Source of the DNA: an uncultured Pseudomonadota bacterium
GTDB lineage: Bacteria > Oederibacteriota > Muellerivitia > Muellerivitales > Muellerivitaceae
Length of the DNA stretch: 64,000 nucleotides
Assembly (NCBI GenBank): GCA_963770835.1
Contig: CAVYRH010000004.1
Coordinates: 166,515 to 230,514 of the forward strand
Reading direction: 5' to 3'
The notes under the pieces are model-generated. The model was not told where the DNA came from. It was given only the letters and a program-made list of their open reading frames with translations, and did no database searches. Positions 9,718-19,695 of this stretch are shown piece by piece. Position numbers and translations under genes: made by a program. Positions within the stretch are counted from its first letter, which is position 1. Each line of letters starts with the position of its first letter.

Positions 9718-10968
9718 ACAACATTGATCCCCAAACCCTGCTTCCCAAAACCAACGACGAAAACTCCGCGTCCGGCTTAGATTCGGCAAGACACAAAGAC
9801 AGGAAAGACCTGGTTTTCGTCAACCTGGGCCCCAGCCACCCCGCCACCCACGGCTGCCTGCGGGCCCTTTGCGCCCTGGACGGGGAAACCATCGTGGCCG
9901 CCGTGACCGAAATGGGTTACCTGCACCGGGGTTTCGAGAAAGACTGCGAAGTCCACACCTTCCAACAAGTCATTCCCTACACCGACCGGCTCAATTATGT
10001 TTCTGCCATCATGAATAACGTGGGTTACTGCAAGGCCGTGGAACGGATGCTGGGCATCCAAATCCCCGACCGGGCGGCCTATATCCGCGTCATTACTTGC
10101 GAGTTCAACCGCATCATCGACCACTTGGTCTGCGTGGGCGCCAACCTGGTGGACATCGGGGCCCTGACCAATTTCTGGTACTCCTTCAACGCCCGCGAGA
10201 AGGTCTACGACATCCTGGAAAAGCTCTGCGGGGCCCGGCTGACCTCCAGCTACACCCGTATTGGGGGTCTTTCCCGGGACGTTTATCCCGCTTTCGGCGA
10301 CGAAGTGAGGGCGGTGCTGAAGGATATTAAAAAGAGCGTCTCCGAAATCACCAAACTAATTTCCAAAAACCGCATTTTCCTGGACCGTACCCAGGGCGTC
10401 TGCGTCGTCTCCAAGGAAAAGGCCATTTCCTACGGCTGGACCGGGCCGACGCTCAGGGCCTGTGGGGTGGAATACGACCTGCGCAAGGCGGACCCCTATT
10501 ACCACTACGAGGATTTCAAGTTCGAAGTGCCGGTGGGCACCAAGGGCGATATCTACGACCGCATCTTCGTGCGGCTCTACGAGATCGAGGAATCCATCGA
10601 GCATCATCGAACAAGCCCTGAGGAAACTCCCCAAGGGACCCATCCTGACCGACGACAAGCGGGTGGCCCTTCCTCCCAAACAGCAGACCTACGGCAATAT
10701 CGAGGGGCTGATGAACCACTTCAAGATCATCATGCACGGCATCTGCCCGGAACCGGGCGAGGTTTATGACTTCACCGAGGCTGCCAACGGCGAACTGGGG
10801 TTTTATATCGTTGCCGACGGGGGCAAGAATCCCTACCGCATCAAGTGCCGCCCACCCTGCTTCATGAACTTCGCGGCCTTCCACGAGATGATCGAGGGCG
10901 GCATGATCGCGGACGCCATCGCGAATTTGGGATCGATCAACATCATTGCCGGAGAGCTGGACCGGTAA
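9714..10968 (+). CDS. nuoD: NADH-quinone oxidoreductase subunit D. Apparent +1 frameshift at about 10599-10602.
   Basis: The N-terminal 296 aa are in frame 0 up to ..YEIEESI. The conserved C-terminal part (IIEQALRKLPKGPI...GELDR) continues in frame +1. One extra base lies in the quartet gagc at 10599-10602. Confidence 0.85.
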
Positions 10969-10993
10969 ACGGAATAAAAAACCCGAGGGTGTA

Positions 10994-11473
10994 ATGGCCG
11001 TTCAGTTTAAAAAAGAAACGAAGAACGAGTTCGAGACGATTGCCGCCCGATACCCGGTGCGGCGCGCGGCGCTGTTGCCCGCCCTGTGGCTAGCCCAGCG
11101 GGAATTCGGCTTCATCTCCGTGGACGCCATGAAGGCGGTAGCCGAGATGGTGGGTTGTTCCCCGGCCCAAGTGCTGGAGACCGCCAGCTTTTACACCATG
11201 TACCACAAGGAAAAGCCGGGCAAGTACCACCTGCAAGTCTGCCAGACCATCTCTTGCCTCTTAAACGGGTCGGAAGAGATCAAGAAGACCATTGAAGCGA
11301 AGCTCAACCTGAAGCCGGGACAAGTAACACCCGACGGGCAGTTCAGCTACCAGCCTGTGGAATGCCTGGCGGCGTGCCATAACGGGCCCTGCATGCGGGT
11401 GAATGATGACTACCACGAAAACCTGACGCCCGAAGGCGTTGGGAAACTGATTGATGAACTGAAGAGAAAATGA
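10994..11473 (+). CDS. nuoE: NADH-quinone oxidoreductase subunit E (24 kDa, 2Fe-2S)
   Basis: Thioredoxin-like fold with Cys motifs CQTISC...CLAAC. ATG at 10994 after a GAGGG ribosome-binding site. Confidence 0.88.
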   Translation: MAVQFKKETKNEFETIAARYPVRRAALLPALWLAQREFGFISVDAMKAVAEMVGCSPAQVLETASFYTMYHKEKPGKYHLQVCQTISCLLNGSEEIKKTIEAKLNLKPGQVTPDGQFSYQPVECLAACHNGPCMRVNDDYHENLTPEGVGKLIDELKRK

Positions 11474-11937
11474 ACATTATGAAAGGCCTTCTTGGAAGAA
11501 AGGGACTTGTTTTTGCGGCGATCCTTTTTGCTGTGCATTGCACGCCAGCTCGGGCGGAGGAATTATCAAGTGGGAACGAGGTCGTTAATTACGGGGTTGG
11601 AGTGACGTTCACCGGAAAGATCGCAACCCGGTTGGAATATGGAGCACCGGGTTTTGGGGAGGACCCAAAGACAGACGCAAAGGAAAACATCTTCTTGTTG
11701 GTGTTGGATAAACCCATTGATGTTCATGTGGATCAGAGCCGTCCGGGCGATGTTACCGATACGAATGATTTCGATGGAGTGAAAGAAATGCAGGTGGTTT
11801 TTACCGGCAAAAGAATGTTTTCGAAAAAAATAATAGGGAAGAAGGTCAAAGTGACCGGAACATTATTCCAAGCTCATACCGGCCATCATCATACGGACGT
11901 TTTAATCGAAGTAGATACTGTAGAAAGATTGAAGTGA
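11470..11937 (+). CDS. Low-GC secreted His-cluster protein inserted between nuoE and nuoF (hypothetical)
   Basis: ATGA overlap with the nuoE stop. Signal peptide with an AXA cleavage site (ARA|EE). HTGHHH motif. GC about 45% versus about 60% in the flanking nuo genes. Confidence 0.6.
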   Translation: MNIMKGLLGRKGLVFAAILFAVHCTPARAEELSSGNEVVNYGVGVTFTGKIATRLEYGAPGFGEDPKTDAKENIFLLVLDKPIDVHVDQSRPGDVTDTNDFDGVKEMQVVFTGKRMFSKKIIGKKVKVTGTLFQAHTGHHHTDVLIEVDTVERLK

Positions 11938-11952
11938 ACCCGGAGCGAATCA

Positions 11953-13233
11953 TTGCCTGACTTTCAACCTCAATTAACCAAACGTTTCGGACTCAAGGAC
12001 AGCCATATGCTCAAGGTATTCCTTGAGACGGGTGGCTATGCGTCCTTGAAGAACCTTTTCGCCAAGAAGCCAGCCGAAGTCATCGAGGAAGTGAAGGCCT
12101 CCGGCCTCAAGGGCCGCGGTGGGGCCGGGTTCCCGTGTGGTATGAAATGGTCCTTTGTGCCCCAGAACACGGGCAAACCAATCTACCTGGCGGTCAATGC
12201 CGACGAGGGCGAACCGGGGACCTTCACCGACAATTACATGCTCTTAAACGACCCTCATCTTTTATTAGAAGGCATCCTATGCGCTTGTTATGCCATCAAC
12301 AGCCATACGGCTTATATTTATGTCCGGGGTGAGTTTTATGCGCATATCCAGCGGCTGAACGCTGCCATTGATGAAGCCCGGAAAGCTGGATATTTAGGGA
12401 AAAACATCCAGGGTTCGGGTTTCGATCTGGAAGTTTACGTGCACCGGGGTGCGGGGGCCTATATCTGCGGCGAGGAAACCGGGCTTTTAGAATCGCTTGA
12501 GGGAAAACCCGGAAAACCGCGCATTAAGCCGCCTTTTCCGGCGGTGGTCGGACTCTTCGGTTGCCCCACCATCGTCAACAACGTGAAAACCCTGGCTTCC
12601 GTCCCTTGGATCATCGCCAACGGTGCGCCGGCCTATGCCGTCATCGGTACCAAGGAATCCACCGGCACCCACGTCTTCGGACTCTCGGGCCACGTGAACC
12701 AGACCGGCTATTGGGAAATGCCCTTCGGCCTTCCCATGATGGAATTCATCAACAACTACGGCAAGGGAGTGAAGGGCGGGGCGCTCAAGGCTGTCATTCC
12801 CGGCGGTTCTTCCTGCCCTGTACTAACTGCCAAGGAATGCGAAGACTTGACCCTTACATATGAAAGTATGCGGGACCACAAAACCATGTTCGGAACAGGT
12901 TGCGCCATCGTGATGAACGAGCACACCGATATGGTGAAGGTTTTGAAAAATCTGACCCATTTTTATTCCCACGAGTCCTGCGGCCAGTGCACGCCCTGCC
13001 GGGAAGGGACAGCCTGGGAAGACCGGCTGATGAAGAAGTTTTTGAACGGGGAAGCCACGACCCAGGAATTGGGAATGATGCTGGAGATCGCCGACAACAT
13101 GGAGGGCAAGACCATCTGCGTTCTTTCGGCGGCCCTGGCCATGCCGGTCCGAAGTTTCATCCAGAAATTCCGGCCGGATTTTGAGAAATATTGCAAGCCG
13201 ACCTCAGTGGCCGTGCCGGAGGCGGTTTCCTAA
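11953..13233 (+). CDS. nuoF: NADH-quinone oxidoreductase subunit F (FMN/NADH-binding, 4Fe-4S)
   Basis: GLKGRGGAGFPCGMKW FMN site and ESCGQCTPCREG cluster motif. TTG start. Confidence 0.92.
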   Translation: MPDFQPQLTKRFGLKDSHMLKVFLETGGYASLKNLFAKKPAEVIEEVKASGLKGRGGAGFPCGMKWSFVPQNTGKPIYLAVNADEGEPGTFTDNYMLLNDPHLLLEGILCACYAINSHTAYIYVRGEFYAHIQRLNAAIDEARKAGYLGKNIQGSGFDLEVYVHRGAGAYICGEETGLLESLEGKPGKPRIKPPFPAVVGLFGCPTIVNNVKTLASVPWIIANGAPAYAVIGTKESTGTHVFGLSGHVNQTGYWEMPFGLPMMEFINNYGKGVKGGALKAVIPGGSSCPVLTAKECEDLTLTYESMRDHKTMFGTGCAIVMNEHTDMVKVLKNLTHFYSHESCGQCTPCREGTAWEDRLMKKFLNGEATTQELGMMLEIADNMEGKTICVLSAALAMPVRSFIQKFRPDFEKYCKPTSVAVPEAVS

Positions 13234-14858
13234 TGGCGAAAATCACCATCGACGGAAAACCCATGGAAGTGCCCGACGGCACCAACGTGCTGGAGGCGGC
13301 AGTTTCCAACGGCGTGCCACTGGAGCACTTTTGCTACCACCGCTATCTGCCCGTTGCCGGCAACTGCCGCACTTGCATGGTGGAGATCGAGGGGCCCAAG
13401 GGGCGCATGCTTACTATCGGCTGCAACACCAAGGTGGCCGAGGGCATGGTGATCCACACCGACACCCCCAAGGCCAAACAAGCCCAAAAGAGCGCTCTGG
13501 AGATGCTCCTCCTGGACCACCCACTGGACTGCCCCGTCTGCGACAAGGCGGGGGAATGCAAACTGCAGAACCAATATATGGAATACGGACTTTACGATTT
13601 CCGCCGGGGGGTGCCCCGCTACTTCAAGGGCGGAAAGGACGAGGATATCGGCGAGCACGTCATCCTGGACCAGGAACGCTGCGTGCTATGCACCCGGTGC
13701 ATCCGCTTCGTCGACGAGATCCCCAAGACGTCCGAGCTGGGAATCATGAACCGCGGCCATGAATCCGTCCTCAGCATTTTCCCGGGAGTACGGTTGGATA
13801 ACCCCTATTCCGGAAACGTCACGGACGTCTGCCCGGTTGGTGCGCTCACCTTGAAGGAATTCCGCTTCAAGCAAAGGGTGTGGTTCCTCAAGAAAGCCGA
13901 ATCCGTCTGCCCGGGCTGCGCTAGGGGCTGCAACATCACGGTGGAACATAACCATGGGCGGATTTACCGCTTCATGCCCCGTGAAAACGCAGAACTGAAC
14001 AAGACCTGGATCTGCGACGAAGGGCGTTTTTCCTTTAATCACTGGCAGGACAACCGGGTGGAAGAAGTGCGGTTGGGGCACGGAAGTTCAAACCTGGATG
14101 ACGGCATCGCCCAATTGGCCAACCTCTTGGAAGGCCTCTCACCGGAGGAAGTCGCGGGCATCGCCTCCCCCGCCGCCGCCCTGGAAGACCTTTATGTTAT
14201 GAAGAAACTGTTCGAGAAGCGTTTCCGGCTGAAGAACCTCGCCGCGCCCTTTTGGGGCAAGAAAGGCGACGAGGATAAAATCCTCAAGCTCGCGGACAAG
14301 ATCCCCAACACCCAGGGTCTAAATCTTTTGGGCATCGACACCGAGGGAAAGGACCTTTTAGCCCGCATTGAAAAAGGAAACTTTAAGGCCGTCCTCATCA
14401 TGCACAACAACCCCTTCGGACAGGACGAGGAAAAGGCCCAAAAGGTCTATGGAAACGTGAAAGTATTGGTTGTGCTTTCGGTCCATAAAACCAAAATGGC
14501 CGAGCGGGGCTCTATGGTTTTCCCCGTGAGGCCTTTCACCGAGAAGAATGGAACCTTCGTGAACGCCACCAGCCGTCTCCAGCGGTTCCGGCAGGCTATT
14601 GAACCCGGAAACCCCGACGTGGTGGAGGCTTCGTTATGGATGTGCCGATTGGCCAAGGCCCTGAAGGTGGAAGGCCTAGATTTTGAGGACACTCCCTCGA
14701 TCTTCAACGCCATGGCCAAGGAAGTGGAGGCTCTCAAAGGGCTGACGTTTAATTCCATTCCCGCCACCGGCAAGGTTTTGGATTTGAAACCCCTGGCCCC
14801 GGAACCTTTCCAGGGCGTGAAGGCCCAGCCCAACGTGTGTGGAAAGGCCAAGGCATGA
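13233..14858 (+). CDS. nuoG: NADH-quinone oxidoreductase subunit G (short form, 541 aa)
   Basis: N-terminal 2Fe-2S ferredoxin fold (CYHRYLPVAGNCRTC), then CPVCDKAGEC and CVLCTRCIRF cluster motifs. 1-nt overlap with nuoF (taATG). Confidence 0.88.
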   Translation: MAKITIDGKPMEVPDGTNVLEAAVSNGVPLEHFCYHRYLPVAGNCRTCMVEIEGPKGRMLTIGCNTKVAEGMVIHTDTPKAKQAQKSALEMLLLDHPLDCPVCDKAGECKLQNQYMEYGLYDFRRGVPRYFKGGKDEDIGEHVILDQERCVLCTRCIRFVDEIPKTSELGIMNRGHESVLSIFPGVRLDNPYSGNVTDVCPVGALTLKEFRFKQRVWFLKKAESVCPGCARGCNITVEHNHGRIYRFMPRENAELNKTWICDEGRFSFNHWQDNRVEEVRLGHGSSNLDDGIAQLANLLEGLSPEEVAGIASPAAALEDLYVMKKLFEKRFRLKNLAAPFWGKKGDEDKILKLADKIPNTQGLNLLGIDTEGKDLLARIEKGNFKAVLIMHNNPFGQDEEKAQKVYGNVKVLVVLSVHKTKMAERGSMVFPVRPFTEKNGTFVNATSRLQRFRQAIEPGNPDVVEASLWMCRLAKALKVEGLDFEDTPSIFNAMAKEVEALKGLTFNSIPATGKVLDLKPLAPEPFQGVKAQPNVCGKAKA

Positions 14859-16168
14859 TGGACTCGAACCAAGTTTTCACCCTTATCAACATCGCGGTGA
14901 TGACGGTGGTGATGTGGCTTATTCCCCTCCAATTCATCCCGGTTTTCATCTGGCTGGAGCGCAAGGGAAGCGCTATCATCCAGGACCGCATCGGTCCCAA
15001 CCGCACGGGAATCCTGGGGTTCCGACTTTTCGGCATGGTCCAGAATTTCGCGGACGTCGTGAAACTTTTGATGAAAGAAAACATCGTACCCACCAAGGCC
15101 AACCGCTTTTATTTCATGCTGGCGCCCTTTTGGGCCATGACCATCAGCCTCCTGCCCCTTTTGGTGGTTCCCCTCGCCGCCCCCCTCAACTTGATGGGAC
15201 ATACCATCCGTTTCCAGGCCGCCGACCTTGGCGTGGGGCTTCTCTTCATCCTTTCCATCACCAGCATGGGAGTCTTCGCCATCATCCTGGCCGGGTGGTC
15301 CTCCAACAACAAATTTTCCCTTATGGGGGGGCTGCGTTCCTCGGGCCAAATGATTTCCTACGAGCTTTCCATGGGCCTGGCAATGGTGGGGCTCTTGATG
15401 GTCTACCAGGATGTCCGGATGAGCTCCATCGTGGAAGCTCAAGGAAGGCTTTTGACCGCATGGGGCCACACTCTGCCGCTGCCCAATTGGGGTATATTCC
15501 TCCAGCCTGTCGGGTTTCTCCTTTTTTTGGTGGCTTCTTTCGCTGAAACCAACCGAAATCCCTTCGATTTGGCGGAAGGGGAGTCGGAACTGGTGGCGGG
15601 CTTCCACGTGGAATACTCCAGCGTCAAGTTCTCACTCTTCTTCATGGCCGAGTATTCCAACATGGTGGTGGCGGCCTTCGTGATCTCGACCCTATTCCTG
15701 GGTGGCTACCAGGTGCCCTTCGCCTCCACTGATACCCTGTTGCAAAACCCGAAACTAACCCTGGCCCTTTTATGCGGATTAGTGATCCTACTCATGGGGC
15801 TTACCGGCCTATTCCTCTATAAGAGGGGGAACCAGCAAAAACACCTTTTCGCCAACGGGGTGAAAAGGGCTGAGCCCTTTCTTTTCGCGGGGCTTTGCTT
15901 TGCGGTTGCGACGGCGGCCCTGGCATTCCTGGCTGTGGGTTTGACAACGGAACTTGCCCCATGGATCTACGGGATCGCCACCACCCTGTTGCAATTGTTT
16001 TGCCTGGTCCTGAAGGTGCTGTTTTTCTGCTGGCTCTTCGTATGGGTACGCTGGACCCTGCCGCGGTTCCGTTACGACCAGCTGATGAAGATGGGATGGA
16101 AGCTCATGCTGCCGCTGGCCTTGTTGAACTTGCTGGTGACCGGCGTGATTATTTTGACACAAAAGTGA
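14855..16168 (+). CDS. nuoH: NADH-quinone oxidoreductase subunit H (with an insertion of about 90 aa)
   Basis: NuoH signature regions (IQDRIGPNR, AETNRNPFDLAEGESELVAGFHVEYS). ATGA overlap with nuoG. Confidence 0.88.
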   Translation: MMDSNQVFTLINIAVMTVVMWLIPLQFIPVFIWLERKGSAIIQDRIGPNRTGILGFRLFGMVQNFADVVKLLMKENIVPTKANRFYFMLAPFWAMTISLLPLLVVPLAAPLNLMGHTIRFQAADLGVGLLFILSITSMGVFAIILAGWSSNNKFSLMGGLRSSGQMISYELSMGLAMVGLLMVYQDVRMSSIVEAQGRLLTAWGHTLPLPNWGIFLQPVGFLLFLVASFAETNRNPFDLAEGESELVAGFHVEYSSVKFSLFFMAEYSNMVVAAFVISTLFLGGYQVPFASTDTLLQNPKLTLALLCGLVILLMGLTGLFLYKRGNQQKHLFANGVKRAEPFLFAGLCFAVATAALAFLAVGLTTELAPWIYGIATTLLQLFCLVLKVLFFCWLFVWVRWTLPRFRYDQLMKMGWKLMLPLALLNLLVTGVIILTQK

Positions 16169-16204
16169 TGAATAGCCGAGGGAACAGAGGAGTTTGAGGT
16201 TTTT

Positions 16205-16750
16205 ATGAGAATTGTGCAACGGCCCGAAATGAAGGGCTCTGAAAAAATATACGTGGTGGAAGTGGTCAAGGGCCTTTGGCTGACGATCGGCCACGTCGTT
16301 ACCAACCTATTCCATCCGGAAAACTTGCCCACGGTCTTCTTCCCCGAGGAAAAGAAGGCGCTTCCACCCGCCACCCGCGGGAGACACCGCCTCATGAAAC
16401 GGGAAGATGATTCGCCGCGTTGCACGGCCTGCATGCTGTGCGCCACGGCCTGCCCGGCCGAGTGCATCCACATCCTAGCCGCCGAGTCGCCCGATCCGAA
16501 CATCGAGAAGCTCCCTGAGAAATTTGATATCGATATGCTGCGCTGTGTGTATTGCGGCTTTTGCGTGGACGCCTGTCCCCTGGACGCCATCCGGATGGAC
16601 ATTCCGGAGGTTACTGTCGCCGGTTACACGCGCGACAGCCTGGTGTACCACAAGAAATTCTTGATGGATCACGACAACAAAGACGTAGTGCCGGATTATA
16701 ATCCGCCCCGGCCAGTCCTTTGGACACATGGGCCCCATGCAAAGCCTTAA
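16205..16750 (+). CDS. nuoI: NADH-quinone oxidoreductase subunit I (2x[4Fe-4S])
   Basis: CTACMLCATACP and CVYCGFCVDACP motifs. Confidence 0.9.
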   Translation: MRIVQRPEMKGSEKIYVVEVVKGLWLTIGHVVTNLFHPENLPTVFFPEEKKALPPATRGRHRLMKREDDSPRCTACMLCATACPAECIHILAAESPDPNIEKLPEKFDIDMLRCVYCGFCVDACPLDAIRMDIPEVTVAGYTRDSLVYHKKFLMDHDNKDVVPDYNPPRPVLWTHGPHAKP

Positions 16751-16848
16751 GAAGCAGTCAACAGTTGGCGGTCGGCAGCCGGAAATAAGTAAAAGACGCT
16801 GGTTTTTAGTTGTCGACCGTCGACTGTCAGCTTGGAGAAAGGGAAGTC

Positions 16849-17352
16849 ATGATTGAAGCGGTTTTGTTCTATATTCTGGCCGCGGTTCTCTTGGGCATGG
16901 GTTTGCTGGTGATCACCAGGACTAATCCCATCGCCTCGGCCTTGGGGCTGGTGGCTGCCTTCGCGGCTTTGGCGGCCCTTTACGCCCTTTTGTCCGCTTC
17001 GCTGGTGGCCATCATCCAAATCCTGGTTTACGCGGGCGGCATCATGGTGCTCATGATCTTCGTGATCATGCTTTTGAACCTTCATCCGGACGACCTCAAG
17101 CCCATGCGGGCCAAGGGAATCGTCGTGGCATTGGCCCTGGTTATGGTTTTGGGGTTGGTCTTAGGCCCGGTTTTCCTGGTGGTTTTCCCCGCCGGGACTT
17201 GGACCCTAGCGCCCGTGGCGGCGGGCTTTGGGGACATTTTCTCAGTCGGTGAAAAAATATTCTCGGATTATTTGTTTCCCTTTGAGATGCTCTCGCTGGT
17301 GCTTTTGACGGCCATCGTGGGAGCTTTGGTCCTCACGAAAAGGAAACTTTAA
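16849..17352 (+). CDS. nuoJ: NADH-quinone oxidoreductase subunit J
   Basis: 168-aa membrane subunit. ATG 16849 after GGAGAAAGGGA. Confidence 0.85.
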   Translation: MIEAVLFYILAAVLLGMGLLVITRTNPIASALGLVAAFAALAALYALLSASLVAIIQILVYAGGIMVLMIFVIMLLNLHPDDLKPMRAKGIVVALALVMVLGLVLGPVFLVVFPAGTWTLAPVAAGFGDIFSVGEKIFSDYLFPFEMLSLVLLTAIVGALVLTKRKL

Positions 17353-17670
17353 ATGGAGCTTTTATATCCCATCACGCCCACGCATTACCTGGTCCTGTCG
17401 GGCTTGTTATTCGGCATTGGAACGGCGGGGGTGCTGTCGCGCAGGAACCTGTTCGTCGTCTTGATGTCCCTGGAATTGATGCTGAACGGGGTGAACCTTT
17501 CCTTCATCACCTTTTCCAGGGTGAACGGCGATTTGACGGGCCATGTGATCGTCTTGTTCGTGGTGGCCATTGCGGCGGCGGAAGCCTGCGTGGGATTGGC
17601 CATCGTGATCGCCCTTTACCGCCTGAAGGAAACGGTGGATTTGGATTTATTTAAGAGCTTGAAAGGCTGA
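17353..17670 (+). CDS. nuoK: NADH-quinone oxidoreductase subunit K
   Basis: 105 aa with 3 TM helices and the conserved glutamates (LELMLNGVNL). Confidence 0.88.
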   Translation: MELLYPITPTHYLVLSGLLFGIGTAGVLSRRNLFVVLMSLELMLNGVNLSFITFSRVNGDLTGHVIVLFVVAIAAAEACVGLAIVIALYRLKETVDLDLFKSLKG

Positions 17671-17671
17671 A

Positions 17672-19651
17672 ATGGGAATCGAAGCGTTCCAATATAAGTC
17701 CCTGATCCAGTTCGACTGGATTTGGCTCATCCTTGCCGCTCCCCTCCTGGGGGCGGTTGTGAACGGTGCTTTGACCCTTTTCGCAGCGGGCCGCAAAACC
17801 AACATCGCCCATGGGTTTTACGCCACGGTTGGCTGTGGGGGGGCCTTCCTTTCTTTTATCGCCTCCTGGCTAACCTTCCTTCATTTTAAGGAGCTACCCG
17901 CCGGCAGCGTTTTGACCCAGGAATTGTTCGATTGGATCGAGGCGGGGGCCTTCCACACGAAGATGAGTTTCGAACTGGACGCCCTCTCCATAAGTATGGT
18001 GGTGTTCATTACCTTCGTTTCAAGCCTTATCCATCTTTATTCTGTGGGGTACATGAAGGACGATCCAGGTTTCGGCCGGTATTTCACTTACCTGAATATT
18101 TTCCTCTTTTCCATGCTGGTCTTGGTGATGGCCCAAAATCTTCTCGTGCTCTTTTTGGGATGGGAAGGCGTGGGGTTTTGTTCCTATCTTTTGATCGGTT
18201 TTTGGTTCGACGATGCCGCGAAGGCCAACGCGGGCAAGAAAGCCATCATCGTCAACCGCATCGGGGACGCGGGCTTCCTGGCCGGCCTACTGATCCTCTT
18301 CGCGCTGGCGGGGACCTTCAATTTCAACGAACTGCAAATGGGGAAGCACGCTTTCACTGAGCTTTCCGCCACGGTGATCTGCCTTTGTTTCTTCTTCGGC
18401 GCGGCGGGCAAGTCGGCCCAGATCCCCCTTTACGTCTGGCTGCCGGACGCCATGGCGGGCCCCACGCCGGTATCGGCCCTCATCCACGCCGCCACCATGG
18501 TGACGGCGGGTATTTACCTGGTGGCGCGCCTCAATTTCCTCTTCGTCCTGGCGCCCTGGGCCTCCATGGTGGTGGCGGTTATCGGCGTTTTAACTGCCCT
18601 CTTCGCGGCCACCCTAGCCCTGGCCCAAAACGACATCAAAAAGGTTTTGGCTTACTCCACCATTTCCCAACTGGGGTTCATGTTCTTGGGGGCGGGGGTC
18701 AGCGCCTACGGCGCCGGACTCTTTCATCTCATCACCCACGGGTTTTTCAAGGCTTGCCTCTTCCTGGCGGCAGGCTCGGTCATTCACGTTTTGAAGGGAG
18801 AGCAGGACATCCGCAAGATGGGCGGGCTGCTGAAACATATCCCGTTGACGAGCATCTCCTTCTTCCTTGGTTGGGCCGCCATTACGGGCGTCCTGCCTTT
18901 TTGCGGGGGATTTTTCAGCAAGGACGAAATCCTCTGGCGGGCCCTGGCAACCCCCAACCCGGTCATTCCCTTTTTGCCGGAAGCGCTTTATTTCACCGCC
19001 CTTTTCACCGCCTTCCTGACGGCTTTTTACATGACCCGCCTTTTCGTGACGGTTTTCTTCGGGGAATACCGGGGGGACCGCGAAATCTTCGAACACCTGC
19101 ACGATTCACCGAAGGTCATGACGGTGCCGATGCTGCTTTTGGGAGTGGGTTCCATCGTCGTCGGCTGGATCGGAGTGCCCGAGGCCATCGGCGGGGGAAA
19201 TTCCCTGGGTAAGTTCGTGGAACCGATTTTCCATCTTTCCACCCTGGAGGCCAACAACATCTCCCCGAAATTGGAGCCGCTTTTGATGCTGCTTTCCTTC
19301 TTAGTGGCGGGCTTGGGGGTCCTGGCCGCCTGGTATGTCTATGGGTGGAAGCACAACATCAGCCCGGTTCTTTTAAAGTTGATTCCTGGCGGTAAGAAGG
19401 CCGTCGAGAAAAAATATTATGTGGATGAGATTTACGAAGTGTTGGTGGTGCGTGCGGTTAAGGGGTTTGCCCATTGGGTCTCCGACAGGCTGGTGGAACA
19501 AATCCTCATCAACCGGGTACTGGATGTAATCACCCAAGGGGTTTACGCGGTCGCGAAGTTATTGAGGAAAACCCAAGTGGGCCTGGTGCGGGTTTACTTG
19601 GCCTACGTCGTGGCGGGCGCCGCACTGTTGATTTATCTCTTACTTCATTAA
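17672..19651 (+). CDS. nuoL: NADH-quinone oxidoreductase subunit L
   Basis: 659-aa antiporter-like subunit (WLPDAMAGPTPVSALIHAATMVTAG). Confidence 0.9.
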   Translation: MGIEAFQYKSLIQFDWIWLILAAPLLGAVVNGALTLFAAGRKTNIAHGFYATVGCGGAFLSFIASWLTFLHFKELPAGSVLTQELFDWIEAGAFHTKMSFELDALSISMVVFITFVSSLIHLYSVGYMKDDPGFGRYFTYLNIFLFSMLVLVMAQNLLVLFLGWEGVGFCSYLLIGFWFDDAAKANAGKKAIIVNRIGDAGFLAGLLILFALAGTFNFNELQMGKHAFTELSATVICLCFFFGAAGKSAQIPLYVWLPDAMAGPTPVSALIHAATMVTAGIYLVARLNFLFVLAPWASMVVAVIGVLTALFAATLALAQNDIKKVLAYSTISQLGFMFLGAGVSAYGAGLFHLITHGFFKACLFLAAGSVIHVLKGEQDIRKMGGLLKHIPLTSISFFLGWAAITGVLPFCGGFFSKDEILWRALATPNPVIPFLPEALYFTALFTAFLTAFYMTRLFVTVFFGEYRGDREIFEHLHDSPKVMTVPMLLLGVGSIVVGWIGVPEAIGGGNSLGKFVEPIFHLSTLEANNISPKLEPLLMLLSFLVAGLGVLAAWYVYGWKHNISPVLLKLIPGGKKAVEKKYYVDEIYEVLVVRAVKGFAHWVSDRLVEQILINRVLDVITQGVYAVAKLLRKTQVGLVRVYLAYVVAGAALLIYLLLH

Positions 19652-19670
19652 GGCAGCTCTTAGAAGTTTT

Positions 19671-19695
19671 AGCTGTTAGCCAAAAACTAACAGCT
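19671..19695 (+). other. Perfect 9-bp stem hairpin (AGCTGTTAG-N7-CTAACAGCT) in the nuoL-nuoM intergenic spacer
   Basis: Read directly. No trailing T-tract, so this is not a canonical terminator. Confidence 0.6.

Noticed and set aside
14447-15607. 386-aa minus-strand ORF antisense to nuoG/nuoH
   Set aside because: His/Gly/Pro-rich nonsense composition. It overlaps conserved nuo genes on the coding strand.
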